A stretch of DNA of 64,000 nt, taken from Clostridia bacterium (lineage in GTDB: Bacteria; Bacillota; Clostridia; Christensenellales; CAG-314). The DNA lies in contig JAFQSA010000044.1 in assembly GCA_017409765.1 (NCBI GenBank), positions 4,406-68,405 of the forward strand, given 5' to 3'. This document shows positions 24,053-33,367 of this stretch, piece after piece; within the stretch, counting starts at the first letter, position 1, and each line of letters starts with the position of its first letter. The notes beneath the pieces were generated by a model. It worked only from the letters and a program-made list of their open reading frames with translations, was not told where the DNA came from and made no database searches. The position numbers and the translations under genes were made by a program.

Positions 24053-24105
24053 ATCAAAAATTTTATGTAATTTTTATACTGCAATTTCCGTCCAGTAAAA
24101 CCTAA

Positions 24106-26436
24106 CTAAACGATTGGGTAGTACCAAGCAGGAACTGCGCCAACGGATGTGTTTGCACAACCGATGATGCACATCAACGTTGCGTTTACAAGACCAGCCA
24201 GCCATGCGTTGCCTGTACGTACGTAGATGCGACGTGCCATTACTGTTGCGATAGCAATGGATGGAACCATTGGGTAAGCGTGGATGTAGTGCATGCTGTT
24301 GGATGTGTGGATCATTGCGCCATTCTTAATGAAGTAGCTGTTTGCGTGCCATACAATAAGCATGAAGCCTGCTACGTTAAAGAACACGTTGATAGCAATT
24401 GTTGCCCATTCTGGAAGGTCTTTTACTCTGTAACCTTGTGCGCCGGCAGCCATCACAAGATAGTAGATAAAGAAGAATGGAACGTATCTCAACATACTGG
24501 ATAGGCGGATAGCATTAAATACTCTTGGACCGAATACCCAAATTTGCATTTGAACTTTGGTTGTTTGCCAAATGAAGGTTACAACGCTGTAGAATGCGAC
24601 AACAAGGATCACAGCAAGACCAAGAGTCTTAAGGATGTTGCCCCAACTACGGATCTTAAATCCAGCAAATGGTTTTTCGTCGTGTGCTGCAAAGTCATCG
24701 CCGTACTTGTAAATGTTGATGATGTGATTTACAAGCCAGATGATACCAGTCATAAGCAATGTGAACAGTGCGCAGTAAATACCCCACGCAGCCATCTTAC
24801 CCATGTTGGTGTAGATAAAGCCAAGTTCTTTGTTGTCTAAAAGCAGGTTCAGTCCGGTAGCATTGTACCACTTGCCCTCTGCTGTGAGGTTGTGGAAACT
24901 TACCGCACCAAAGATTGTACCAAGGATACCTGCAAGCCAGTAACTTACGTGCTTACGAGGACGAGTGAGGAGTACTGGTGCTTCAGCAGGCTCACCCTTC
25001 AAGGATGCAAACAATGGTGTAGTCAACAACAAGTCGAGGATTGGAAGGAGCATTGCAAACAAACCGATGATACCGATGCAAGCAAAACCTTCTTTGATCC
25101 ACCAAGCTTGGTTCATTGGAGCAAGGTACTTGGAGCCTTCAACAACACCGTACACGTTGTAGAAGAAGTCAATCACGTTAGCAGTTGTTGGAATGGAGAA
25201 GTGGTTCATTGGGTGAATTTCAGCTTCTTCGTAAACTGCGCGTAGACTTGTCGTTGCATTTGCAAGCGCTTGACCCTTTGTAAGTTGAGATACACGCTTG
25301 TTGCCTTCGGGTGCTTTCAAAAGCGCGCCATTAGCGTACATTGCACGGTTTTGTGTTACCCAATCATCAGCTTGTGTTGGGTTAACGCCACGTGTGTAGA
25401 AGTAACATTGTTGTGATTGCATGTATTGTGCAGTTCTACCAATGTTTGTGTAAGCGTAGTATTCGCCATTTTTGCTGAACTTTGTAGCAGGAACGTATTG
25501 GTCGCCTTTCTTTACAAAGTAGTCTTTGTAGTTGAGTTCCGTTACGGTGCCTCTGTTTTGAAGGATGTATTGTTTTTCCTTCAAGATAGATCCGCCGTAG
25601 AAGAATTCATCCGCATTACCCTTTACGATAGCAGAACCAAGGATGTTGGAACCAAGATCGTTAAATGTAACTCTTGTACCACTAACTGTAATCTTGCCGG
25701 AAGCAATCGCATCTCTTGCACTTTGTGACAAAATGTTGAAGTCTGTGCTAAGTGTAAATGGTGTGGATGCACCAGCAGCTTGAGTAACACCAGATGAGAA
25801 CAAACCCAAGTGACGCATTGCCTTGAAGTTTGCATCTGTTTGTGTACCAGGAAGTACGCTGTCGTTTTGCAATGTAGCGTTAGTAGCCGCGCCACCCATG
25901 GAGTGACCGGAAATACCAATGCGAGCAGGGTCTACCTTGCCTGTGTTAATCAGGTAAGCAGCCGCTTCGATAACACCCACTTGTTGACCGGATGCGGTGT
26001 CGGTGTTGTGACCGTGGCTAGCATTGTCGATCGTCAAAACAACGTATCCACGACGAACCATTTCAATTGCAAAGGAAAGTTGCATTTCGCGGTTGTTGTA
26101 AGCACCATGTCTAAAGATGATTGCTGGCAGTTTGTTATCTACGCTTGCGCGCTTTGGCATAAACAAAATACCAGAGTCAATGTTACCCTTGAGTGTGTAG
26201 GTTGTTTCTACGTGTTTGGTAGGGTCGGGATCATCAACAGGTGTACGAACAATTGTGCCTGTGTTGGAAACATTGCGAAGGTCGGATACTTTTACACTCC
26301 AGCCGTTCGTTTGAATGAGAGATCCTACAACTGTCGCAAGCAAAACCGCCGCAAGACAAATTGCCAGGAAGATCAACGAGCGCTTACGCTTTGCAGCAGC
26401 ACCTTGATTTGGGTTACCTTGAACTTGATCTGACAT
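24106..26436 (-). CDS. membrane-anchored alpha/beta-hydrolase fused to a C-terminal polytopic membrane domain (paralog 2)
   Basis: ATG 26436 follows GGAGGA. Motifs GISGHSMGG and HPMNH. The C-terminal membrane half is near-identical to paralog 1, and the ectodomain is much more diverged. Confidence 0.85.
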   Translation of the reverse strand: MSDQVQGNPNQGAAAKRKRSLIFLAICLAAVLLATVVGSLIQTNGWSVKVSDLRNVSNTGTIVRTPVDDPDPTKHVETTYTLKGNIDSGILFMPKRASVDNKLPAIIFRHGAYNNREMQLSFAIEMVRRGYVVLTIDNASHGHNTDTASGQQVGVIEAAAYLINTGKVDPARIGISGHSMGGAATNATLQNDSVLPGTQTDANFKAMRHLGLFSSGVTQAAGASTPFTLSTDFNILSQSARDAIASGKITVSGTRVTFNDLGSNILGSAIVKGNADEFFYGGSILKEKQYILQNRGTVTELNYKDYFVKKGDQYVPATKFSKNGEYYAYTNIGRTAQYMQSQQCYFYTRGVNPTQADDWVTQNRAMYANGALLKAPEGNKRVSQLTKGQALANATTSLRAVYEEAEIHPMNHFSIPTTANVIDFFYNVYGVVEGSKYLAPMNQAWWIKEGFACIGIIGLFAMLLPILDLLLTTPLFASLKGEPAEAPVLLTRPRKHVSYWLAGILGTIFGAVSFHNLTAEGKWYNATGLNLLLDNKELGFIYTNMGKMAAWGIYCALFTLLMTGIIWLVNHIINIYKYGDDFAAHDEKPFAGFKIRSWGNILKTLGLAVILVVAFYSVVTFIWQTTKVQMQIWVFGPRVFNAIRLSSMLRYVPFFFIYYLVMAAGAQGYRVKDLPEWATIAINVFFNVAGFMLIVWHANSYFIKNGAMIHTSNSMHYIHAYPMVPSIAIATVMARRIYVRTGNAWLAGLVNATLMCIIGCANTSVGAVPAWYYPIV

Positions 26437-26461
26437 TATCAAATTCCTCCTTTTTTAATTT

Positions 26462-26489
26462 TATATACTCGTTCACTCTGCGCGAACAA
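26462..26489 (-). promoter_or_regulatory. promoter candidate of paralog 2
   Basis: Minus strand reads TTGTTC, 16-nt spacer, TATATA, preceded by TTGATACTTTTTG. Confidence 0.4.
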
Positions 26490-26565
26490 AAAGTATCAAA
26501 GTAGTGTTGCCCTTTCAAAAAGCAATTTTTTGTACAAAAAAAAAGCAAGCGTTGCACAAATTGTT

Positions 26566-26608
26566 ATGTAATTTTCGAGTAGTCGGTGTAGGGCTAAGGG
26601 AAAGTTAC
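26566..26608 (+). repeat. 43-bp direct repeat, copy 1
   Basis: ATGTAATTTTCGAGTAGTCGGTGTAGGGCTAAGGGAAAGTTAC. Confidence 0.9.
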
Positions 26609-26700
26609 TTTGCGTAAGGCTTGCTCAAAGTGGAAACGGATTTTCTTGGCTAATCTTGTTACTTCTCTTGTAAACAAAAAATAGCCAACATCAAACGGAT

Positions 26701-26743
26701 ATGTAATTTTCGAGTAGTCGGTGTAGGGCTAGGGGAAAGTTAC
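26701..26743 (+). repeat. 43-bp direct repeat, copy 2 (1 mismatch)
   Basis: ATGTAATTTTCGAGTAGTCGGTGTAGGGCTAGGGGAAAGTTAC. Confidence 0.9.
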
Positions 26744-26959
26744 CTGAGTTGGTGTCAGCATGTACTAGTTAGAAAACGTGTTTTCAGTCAATATTAAGTT
26801 ATGCCACCATTATACAGTAAACTTTATCGAAAATCAATACCCTTTTTGAAATTTTTTTACTTTTTTTTACAAAATTTTACAAAATTATGCCATAGTAGTG
26901 TTTCTACTATGTTGTAGAATTGATATTTTTTGAGCAATGGCAAAAAATTCTGTAGCCAC

Positions 26960-26988
26960 TTGACGGCTTTGGGCCGTTGCTATATAAT
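26960..26988 (+). promoter_or_regulatory. sigma-A-type promoter for pepF
   Basis: TTGACG, 17-nt spacer, TATAAT. Confidence 0.5.
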
Positions 26989-27134
26989 ATTGATATTAAC
27001 AAAATAATATACACTTGACTTATTGTATGGTGGTGGCAAGCATTTGCGACAAATCAATTTGCAACAGTTTTTGCTGATTGTCAAACAAAGGCTAGTTACT
27101 AAACTGCAGTCAGTCAAGCGCTAGGAGGATAACC

Positions 27135-28919
27135 ATGTCTTACACAAACCGTAACCAAATCCCCGAAAAATACAAGTGGGACCTCTCCGACATTTTTGCT
27201 ACCCCTGCCGATTGGGAAGCGCGCTTTGTAGAAATGAGCACAAAGCACCAAGATCTTGCCGCATACCAAGGCAAACTTGGCAACAAAGCAACTTTGCTCG
27301 AGTTTATGAAACTAAGCGACGAGTACGACCTTCATCTTAGCCAACTTTATTGCTACGCATTTATGAGTTACAACGAAGACGCTCAAGACCCCGAGCGTCA
27401 AGGCAGATTTATGCGTTGCTACAGTATGCTCACACAATTTTCCGCCGCAACAGCATTTGTATCTCCCGAACTTTCCGCACAGCCCGACGAGTACCTCAAG
27501 GATTGCATTGCTGATCCAGCATTTTCCGACTACGACATCCAACTTCAAAACATCTTAGATGGCAAAGCGCACATCTTGTCCGCAGCGGAAGAAACGTTGA
27601 TGGCTCGCGTTGGCGCTTTTTCCGGTCAATTCCAAGAAGTTTTCAACCGTTTGGACAGTGGCGACATCAAATTTGGCTCCATCATGGTGGATGGCAAGGA
27701 AGTAACACTTGGCCACGGCACCTATTCCATGTGCTTGGATCACAAGGACCAAGAAGTTCGCCGTCAAGCATTCCAAACCTACTACAAGGGCTACATCGAC
27801 AAAATCAACACACTTGCTGGTTTGTACGAAGGTAGTGTAAAGGCCGATTGGTTCCGTGCCCAAGCAAGAAAGTTCAACTCCACAATGGAAATGGCCCTTT
27901 TCAACGAACAAGTAGACAAAGCCGTTTACGACAACCTTATCAAGTGCATGCACACAAGTTTCGAGCCATTGCACAACTACATTGGCCTCCGCAAACGCTT
28001 GATGGGTGTAGAAAAACTCCACATGTACGACTTGTACACATCCATCTTCGAAGATGCTAATCTCTCCTGCGAGTACGAGGAGGCTTGCGAACTTGTTCTA
28101 AAGGGCCTTGAACCCCTTGGCGAAGACTACTTGGAAGTTGTTCGTCATGCATTTGCTAACCGTTGGATCGATGTTCACGAAACTCCAACAAAGCGTAGCG
28201 GTGCGTATTCCATGGGCGTGTCCGGTGTTCACCCCTACATGCTTTTGAACTACCAAAAAACCACCCACGACATCTTTACAATCGCCCACGAAATGGGCCA
28301 CTCCATGCACTCCTACTACAGTAGCAAAACTCAACCTTTGGCAAAGGAAGGCTACAAGATTTTCGTTGCGGAAGTTGCATCCACCTGTAACGAAGTGTTG
28401 CTTTTGAAGTACCTTCTCAAGACCACCACAGACCAAAACGTAAAGAAATACCTTCTTCAATACTACCTCGACATGCTCCGCACAACAATGTACCGTCAAG
28501 CAATGTTTGCCGAGTTCGAGCAAATCTCCCACGACATTGTGGAAAAGGGGCAACCTCTAACAGCGGATGTTATGTGCCAAAAGTACTTGGAACTCAACAA
28601 GATGTACTATGGCGAACACGTAGAACACGATCCCGAAATTGCTTACGAATGGGCGCGTATTCCTCACTTCTACCGCGCATTCTACGTTTACAAGTACTCC
28701 ACAGGTATCATTTCCGCAGTTTGCATTGCCGAAAAGATTTTGAACGAAGGGGAGCAAGCGCTTGCCAACTACAAAAAGTTCCTTGGACTTGGTGGTAGTA
28801 TGGACCCAGTATCGGAACTCAAGGTTGCAGGTGTAGATCTCACCAGCGAAGAACCATTCCAAATCGTTGCAAAATCCTTTGCCGACACTTTGGCCGAGTT
28901 GGAAGAGTTGTGCAAATAG
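27135..28919 (+). CDS. pepF: oligoendopeptidase F (M3B metallopeptidase)
   Basis: 594 aa with HEMGH zinc motif (TIAHEMGHSMH) and an AGGAGG RBS. Confidence 0.9.
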   Translation: MSYTNRNQIPEKYKWDLSDIFATPADWEARFVEMSTKHQDLAAYQGKLGNKATLLEFMKLSDEYDLHLSQLYCYAFMSYNEDAQDPERQGRFMRCYSMLTQFSAATAFVSPELSAQPDEYLKDCIADPAFSDYDIQLQNILDGKAHILSAAEETLMARVGAFSGQFQEVFNRLDSGDIKFGSIMVDGKEVTLGHGTYSMCLDHKDQEVRRQAFQTYYKGYIDKINTLAGLYEGSVKADWFRAQARKFNSTMEMALFNEQVDKAVYDNLIKCMHTSFEPLHNYIGLRKRLMGVEKLHMYDLYTSIFEDANLSCEYEEACELVLKGLEPLGEDYLEVVRHAFANRWIDVHETPTKRSGAYSMGVSGVHPYMLLNYQKTTHDIFTIAHEMGHSMHSYYSSKTQPLAKEGYKIFVAEVASTCNEVLLLKYLLKTTTDQNVKKYLLQYYLDMLRTTMYRQAMFAEFEQISHDIVEKGQPLTADVMCQKYLELNKMYYGEHVEHDPEIAYEWARIPHFYRAFYVYKYSTGIISAVCIAEKILNEGEQALANYKKFLGLGGSMDPVSELKVAGVDLTSEEPFQIVAKSFADTLAELEELCK

Positions 28920-28980
28920 GCTAAGTCTTGTTCGCAACATCTTGTTGTCTTTTGGTGGCAAAAAACTCACACAATCTCTC

Positions 28981-29237
28981 GCATTTTGCTCGTCCGCAAT
29001 TTGTAAATGGCTCTCACTTTGGGAGAGCTGTCACGATAGTGACTGAGAGGGCATAGGGCACGATATGTTAAGTCAACAATGTGCCTTGATTGTAGGGGAG
29101 GATATCATCCTCCCGCATACAGCAACAAACTTTGTGCTCCTCCGCACCCTGTGTAACTATACATAGGGCCTTCCTCCGAGAGGAAGGGGGACCGCTTGCG
29201 GTGGAAGGAGCCCACGTAGAGCATTTTGCTCGTCCGC
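28981..29237. repeat. repeat mosaic bounded by a perfect 17-bp direct repeat GCATTTTGCTCGTCCGC
   Basis: The 17-mers lie at 28981-28997 and 29221-29237. Between them are the composite repeat (29009-29052), a GTAG-REP (29092-29118) and a GC-rich hairpin block (29166-29215). Confidence 0.7.
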
Positions 29238-29314
29238 CAAATAGCCAACTACAAAATAATATTTAACAACCAAAAGGGTAATTTGTTCCGCTTGAACAAT
29301 TTGCCCTTTTTGTA

Positions 29315-29343
29315 TTGAAAACAACATTTTTGTGTGGTATAAT
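29315..29343 (+). promoter_or_regulatory. sigma-A promoter (extended -10) for the GH5 gene
   Basis: TTGAAA, 17-nt spacer ending TGTGG, TATAAT. The ~200-nt leader contains the REP at 29382-29408. Confidence 0.55.
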
Positions 29344-29381
29344 GATACGAACTATGTTGCAGACTATGGTGTTTCACAACC

Positions 29382-29408
29382 GTAGGGGAGGGGTTGCCCC
29401 TCCCGCAA
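29382..29408 (+). repeat. GTAG-REP hairpin
   Basis: GTAGGGGAGGGGTTGCCCCTCCCGCAA. Confidence 0.8.
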
Positions 29409-29542
29409 ACTACCCACGTTATACATCTAATAGCCCTCAAACATAGGACAAATTGATGTGCATGCAAATACTTATTTAATATTGATTTATCTACAAATAT
29501 CCATTTAATATCGTTATCAAAACCCCAAAAACGAGGTGTAAT

Positions 29543-30964
29543 ATGAACAAATCTTCAACGTTGCCACGCAAAACGCGTGTGCTAATCATCATTGGTGTGA
29601 TTGTTGGCGTAATTGGCATTGTCATTGGTGCATTGTGCATCAACGTGGCCGTTTTCCGCAAAAACTACTTCACACAACTGCCCGACAAGGTGGATGCCCT
29701 CAACCCAACAGGCAACCAACCTTTGCGCGCTGTCGGCCGTGGCATCTACGACAAAAACGGCAACCGCGTGGCACTAAACGGCATTGGCTTTGGCAACTGG
29801 TTTTTGCAAGAACAATACTTTTCTCCTGTTGGCATTGGTGCTGAACTAAAAAAGGATGGCTCTTTTGCAAAAGTTAACTACCAAGGCGTTGTCGAAGGCT
29901 ATTTGGAAACCTTCCAGGACGAAGTTGTAGAACTTATGCTCAAAAACCCCAATCTTACCGAGCAACAAGTAAAAGATTTGTGGGAAATGTACTACGACAA
30001 CTTCATCCAGGAAGAAGATTTTGCCAACGTCAAAAGCTTTGGTTTGAATACAATTCGTCTGCCAGTGTACTTCCGTAACTTTATGGAAGGCCCCGATGAC
30101 GAACATCTTGTTATGCGTAGTGATGCATTTGTTCGCCTAGACTGGTTCTTGGAAATGTGCAAAAAGTATGGTTTGTACGCCATCATTGATATGCACGGCG
30201 TTGTTGGTGGCCAAAATGGCTACGAGCACAGCGGTACACGCGATATCGATTTTTGGAAAAACGAAATCTACCAACAAGAAATGTGTACCTTGTGGAAGGA
30301 AATTGCCCTTCACTACAAAAATGACCGCCCAGATTTGTACGAAACAATTGCCGCCTACGACCTTGTAAACGAGCCGGTAGACCGCAACACACCTGCAACA
30401 ACTCGCAAACAAATTGCCGTTATGGACAAAATGTACCAAGCCATCCGCGAAGTGGACAAAGACCACATCATCAGTATCGAGTTTTGTTGGTTCTTCAACG
30501 TGTTCCCCAATCCGGAAAGATACGGTTGGGAAAACGTCCTCTACCAAATCCACCTTTACAACTGGACGCACGAGTTTATTTCTAACGACTTTTTCTACTG
30601 GGTGCAAGACCTTTGCCACTCCGTTTCCGCCTACGACGTCCCTTGCCTAATTGGCGAATTTACGTTTTTTGACGATGTCGACGCTTGGACAACATGGCTA
30701 AACAACTATGACGAGCGCGGTTGGAACTGGTGCACTTGGACCTACAAAGCAATAAGCCCCAGTTGGTGGGATAACAGTTGGGGTTTGTATGTCCGCAAAC
30801 TCCACCTTCAAGACAAGGAAATCAAGTACAAGCTTGACCTTTCCATTGCAACCTACGACCAAATCTATGCCGAGTGGCAACTGCTTGGCACGTCCGCTGG
30901 GGACTACCGCGCCGATGGTATCTTGGCAAGGGTGTTGAACGCCCGCATGCAACAAGGAAAGTAA
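29543..30964 (+). CDS. glycoside hydrolase family 5 protein, N-terminally membrane-anchored
   Basis: N-terminal TM helix, GH5-type NEP acid/base (DLVNEPV) and a later GEF nucleophile (IGEFTFF). Confidence 0.85.
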   Translation: MNKSSTLPRKTRVLIIIGVIVGVIGIVIGALCINVAVFRKNYFTQLPDKVDALNPTGNQPLRAVGRGIYDKNGNRVALNGIGFGNWFLQEQYFSPVGIGAELKKDGSFAKVNYQGVVEGYLETFQDEVVELMLKNPNLTEQQVKDLWEMYYDNFIQEEDFANVKSFGLNTIRLPVYFRNFMEGPDDEHLVMRSDAFVRLDWFLEMCKKYGLYAIIDMHGVVGGQNGYEHSGTRDIDFWKNEIYQQEMCTLWKEIALHYKNDRPDLYETIAAYDLVNEPVDRNTPATTRKQIAVMDKMYQAIREVDKDHIISIEFCWFFNVFPNPERYGWENVLYQIHLYNWTHEFISNDFFYWVQDLCHSVSAYDVPCLIGEFTFFDDVDAWTTWLNNYDERGWNWCTWTYKAISPSWWDNSWGLYVRKLHLQDKEIKYKLDLSIATYDQIYAEWQLLGTSAGDYRADGILARVLNARMQQGK

Positions 30965-31009
30965 CATTCTTCCGTTTGATTTATTTCACAAATGGTTTGT
31001 AATCACAAT

Positions 31010-31039
31010 GTAGGGGCGGATTCAATATCCGCCCGCAAT
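31010..31039 (+). repeat. GTAG-REP hairpin
   Basis: GTAGGGGCGGATTCAATATCCGCCCGCAAT. Confidence 0.8.
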
Positions 31040-31157
31040 TCAAAACAAAAATTCATCCATCAAATCTCAAAAAAACACCACGTAGTCGCGTTTTTTGCTT
31101 GCCAAATCGCGTAAAAAGGACTAAAATAGTATCACAATATTTATCGAGGAGAAAAAT

Positions 31158-31988
31158 ATGACAGATTGTACTCACGATTGCTCCACTTGCTCACAAAATT
31201 GTAGCGAGCGTGACAAACAAAGCCTAATCAAACCCTTGCACGAGGGCGCACGCGTTAACAAGGTTATCGGTGTCGTAAGTGGCAAAGGTGGCGTAGGCAA
31301 ATCCCTTGTAACAAGCCTTCTTGCCGTTGCAATGCAACAAAAGGGCTACAAATGCGCAGTTTTGGATGCCGATATCACCGGTCCATCCATCCCACAAGCC
31401 TTTGGCATCCACGACAAAGCCATGGGCGATGGCACAGTTATCTTCCCTGTGGAAACAAAAACAGGCATCCAACTTATGTCCATCAACCTACTTTTGGAAG
31501 ACGAAACCGACCCAGTTGTTTGGCGTGGCCCAGTTATCGGTGGCGCTGTTCAACAATTTTGGACGGACGTTGCTTGGCACGACGTTGACTTCATGTTTGT
31601 GGACATGCCCCCAGGAACAGGCGACGTAGCCTTGACAGTTTTCCAAAACTTGCCAATTGATGGCATTGTTGTGGTAACAAGCCCACAACAACTTGTAGAA
31701 ATGGTTGTTTCCAAGGCGGTAAAAATGGCGGACATGATGAACGTTCCCGTGGTTGGCCTTGTGGAAAACATGTCCTACTTTGCTTGCCCCGATTGTGGCA
31801 AAAAGCACTTTATCTATGGCGACTCCAAAATCGACAACTTTGCCGACGACTACGGTATCGACACAGCGGTAAAACTCCCCATCGATCCCAACTTCGCGCG
31901 CCTTTGTGATGGTGGCAAAATCGAAGATGCCAACACCGAACTTGTTCAAGATCTCATCAACAAAATTTTGTTCTTGTCCCAAGACTAA
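31158..31988 (+). CDS. mrp: Mrp/NBP35 (ApbC) family Fe-S cluster carrier ATPase
   Basis: P-loop GKGGVGKS, CPDCG motif and N-terminal CTHDCSTCSQNC. Confidence 0.9.
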   Translation: MTDCTHDCSTCSQNCSERDKQSLIKPLHEGARVNKVIGVVSGKGGVGKSLVTSLLAVAMQQKGYKCAVLDADITGPSIPQAFGIHDKAMGDGTVIFPVETKTGIQLMSINLLLEDETDPVVWRGPVIGGAVQQFWTDVAWHDVDFMFVDMPPGTGDVALTVFQNLPIDGIVVVTSPQQLVEMVVSKAVKMADMMNVPVVGLVENMSYFACPDCGKKHFIYGDSKIDNFADDYGIDTAVKLPIDPNFARLCDGGKIEDANTELVQDLINKILFLSQD

Positions 31989-32037
31989 GTTTGCGCATGA
32001 ATGGCAAAAACACACCACGTATCCAAAAAAATGCACA

Positions 32038-32073
32038 AAATCTCTCGATTTTTATCGAGAGATTTCTTTTTTA
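32038..32073 (+). terminator. terminator of mrp
   Basis: AAATCTCTCGAT/ATCGAGAGATTT stem followed by CTTTTTTAT. Confidence 0.75.
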
Positions 32074-32394
32074 TCCAAGTTTTACGCACAATTTAACTTC
32101 ACTTTTTTATCCAAACAAAATCTAGCAAAGTGTGCTGTCACGGCAATTGTTTGGTGCAATTTGGTGTTGCAAAAAATTGTTAACAACCAATAAAAAAAAA
32201 TTTCAAAAAAGTTTGCAAACTTTGCAATAAAAATTCACTTTTGTTTATTGTCTAGATGGAAAAACAAAAGCAATGTTACGGCATTATCAATTCTTCTATA
32301 AAAACAATTGCAAATCCTTCTATCGTCTTGCGACAAACATCGCTTCTGTGTTTCCGATAGTTTCTCTCTTATGCGTGTGGTAGCGCGCAGAAGG

Positions 32395-32425
32395 TGCCCT
32401 TGTCTTGCCGACAGGGGCATTTTTT
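32395..32425 (+). terminator. strong plus-strand terminator with no annotated gene upstream (orphan unit)
   Basis: TGCCCTTGTC-ttgcc-GACAGGGGCA stem plus a T6 run. Confidence 0.6.
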
Positions 32426-32429
32426 GTTA

Positions 32430-32465
32430 CAAAAAAGAGCAAAAGTGAAGTACTCACTCTTGCTC
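32430..32465 (-). terminator. terminator of the ywaF-like gene
   Basis: GAGCAAGAGTGAgtacTTCACTTTTGCTC followed on the minus strand by a T6 run. Confidence 0.7.
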
Positions 32466-32485
32466 TGTTTGGTCGATATTCAGTT

Positions 32486-33295
32486 TTACTTGTCACTTTC
32501 TTGCTGTGGTTCAATTGCCATTTTGCAGGCCTTTTTCGCCTTTATTTCGCGTATTATTTGTGGCAAGGATACCAGCGCAAACAGCACAACAACAATTCCC
32601 GCAAAGCACAGCAATCTCAAACCGATGTCCTTTGGGAAAAAACTTACAATGCTATCACCCGCAGGCTCCCCTTGCAAAAACATAAAGTCACCGTTGGGGA
32701 TCAACATATTTGCAGGGATGGCAATGCACGTCATCACGGCAAGCAATGCAAATGGCTTGTAAATCTTTTTGTAGTCAGGTTGCATTTTGTGCACAAACAT
32801 CATGTAAAACACGCAGTAGATTGGTGTTAGGTGTTCCGCCCAAAATTGGTAGTATCTAAAGTATCCTGGGCCGGTTGTTTCGATAACCGCTGGCATAATC
32901 AATGGCATCACGCCCAAAGTCAAGCAAACGTAGTAGCAAATGTCAAACATGTTTTTGCTCTTTTTCATGATCATGAAACCGGAAATAATTGCCATCCATT
33001 GACAAACCTCAATAGGTAGGTAGTTTATCAATTGGTTACCGCTTGCGCCCGCTCCAACGTAAAGCAAACGCAAAAAGTACGTTAGTTCTGCAAATATGCA
33101 CACCGCACCCAAAGTAAAGCGGATGTTTTCCTCATGCTTGCTATTGCGTATTTTATCGCGGAAGCGATACGTAAGGTATATTGCAACCCCAAGCAAAATT
33201 ATTGGCAAAAAGTGCGCCAACGAGTAGTAGTGGAAATCTTTTTGTGGAGCGTAGCCAAAAAATCCTTCGCTGCCAAATTTGTATTCGTGATTCAT
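32486..33295 (-). CDS. polytopic membrane protein, YwaF/TIGR02206-like
   Basis: 269 aa with about 7 TM helices. The family call rests on my recollection of the N-terminal YSLAHFLPI.. pattern and is tentative. Confidence 0.7.
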   Translation of the reverse strand: MNHEYKFGSEGFFGYAPQKDFHYYSLAHFLPIILLGVAIYLTYRFRDKIRNSKHEENIRFTLGAVCIFAELTYFLRLLYVGAGASGNQLINYLPIEVCQWMAIISGFMIMKKSKNMFDICYYVCLTLGVMPLIMPAVIETTGPGYFRYYQFWAEHLTPIYCVFYMMFVHKMQPDYKKIYKPFALLAVMTCIAIPANMLIPNGDFMFLQGEPAGDSIVSFFPKDIGLRLLCFAGIVVVLFALVSLPQIIREIKAKKACKMAIEPQQESDK

Positions 33296-33317
33296 CGTCC
33301 CCTCCTGTGGAAAATTG

Positions 33318-33367
33318 TAAAAAGAACACCCATCTTAGCGACAAGTTTTGTGCAGTTGTGGGTGTTC
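33318..33367 (-). terminator. terminator-like hairpin between serS and the ywaF-like RBS
   Basis: GAACACCCA...TGGGTGTTC followed by TTTTT, ending about 12 nt before the GGAGGGGA RBS. Confidence 0.5.
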
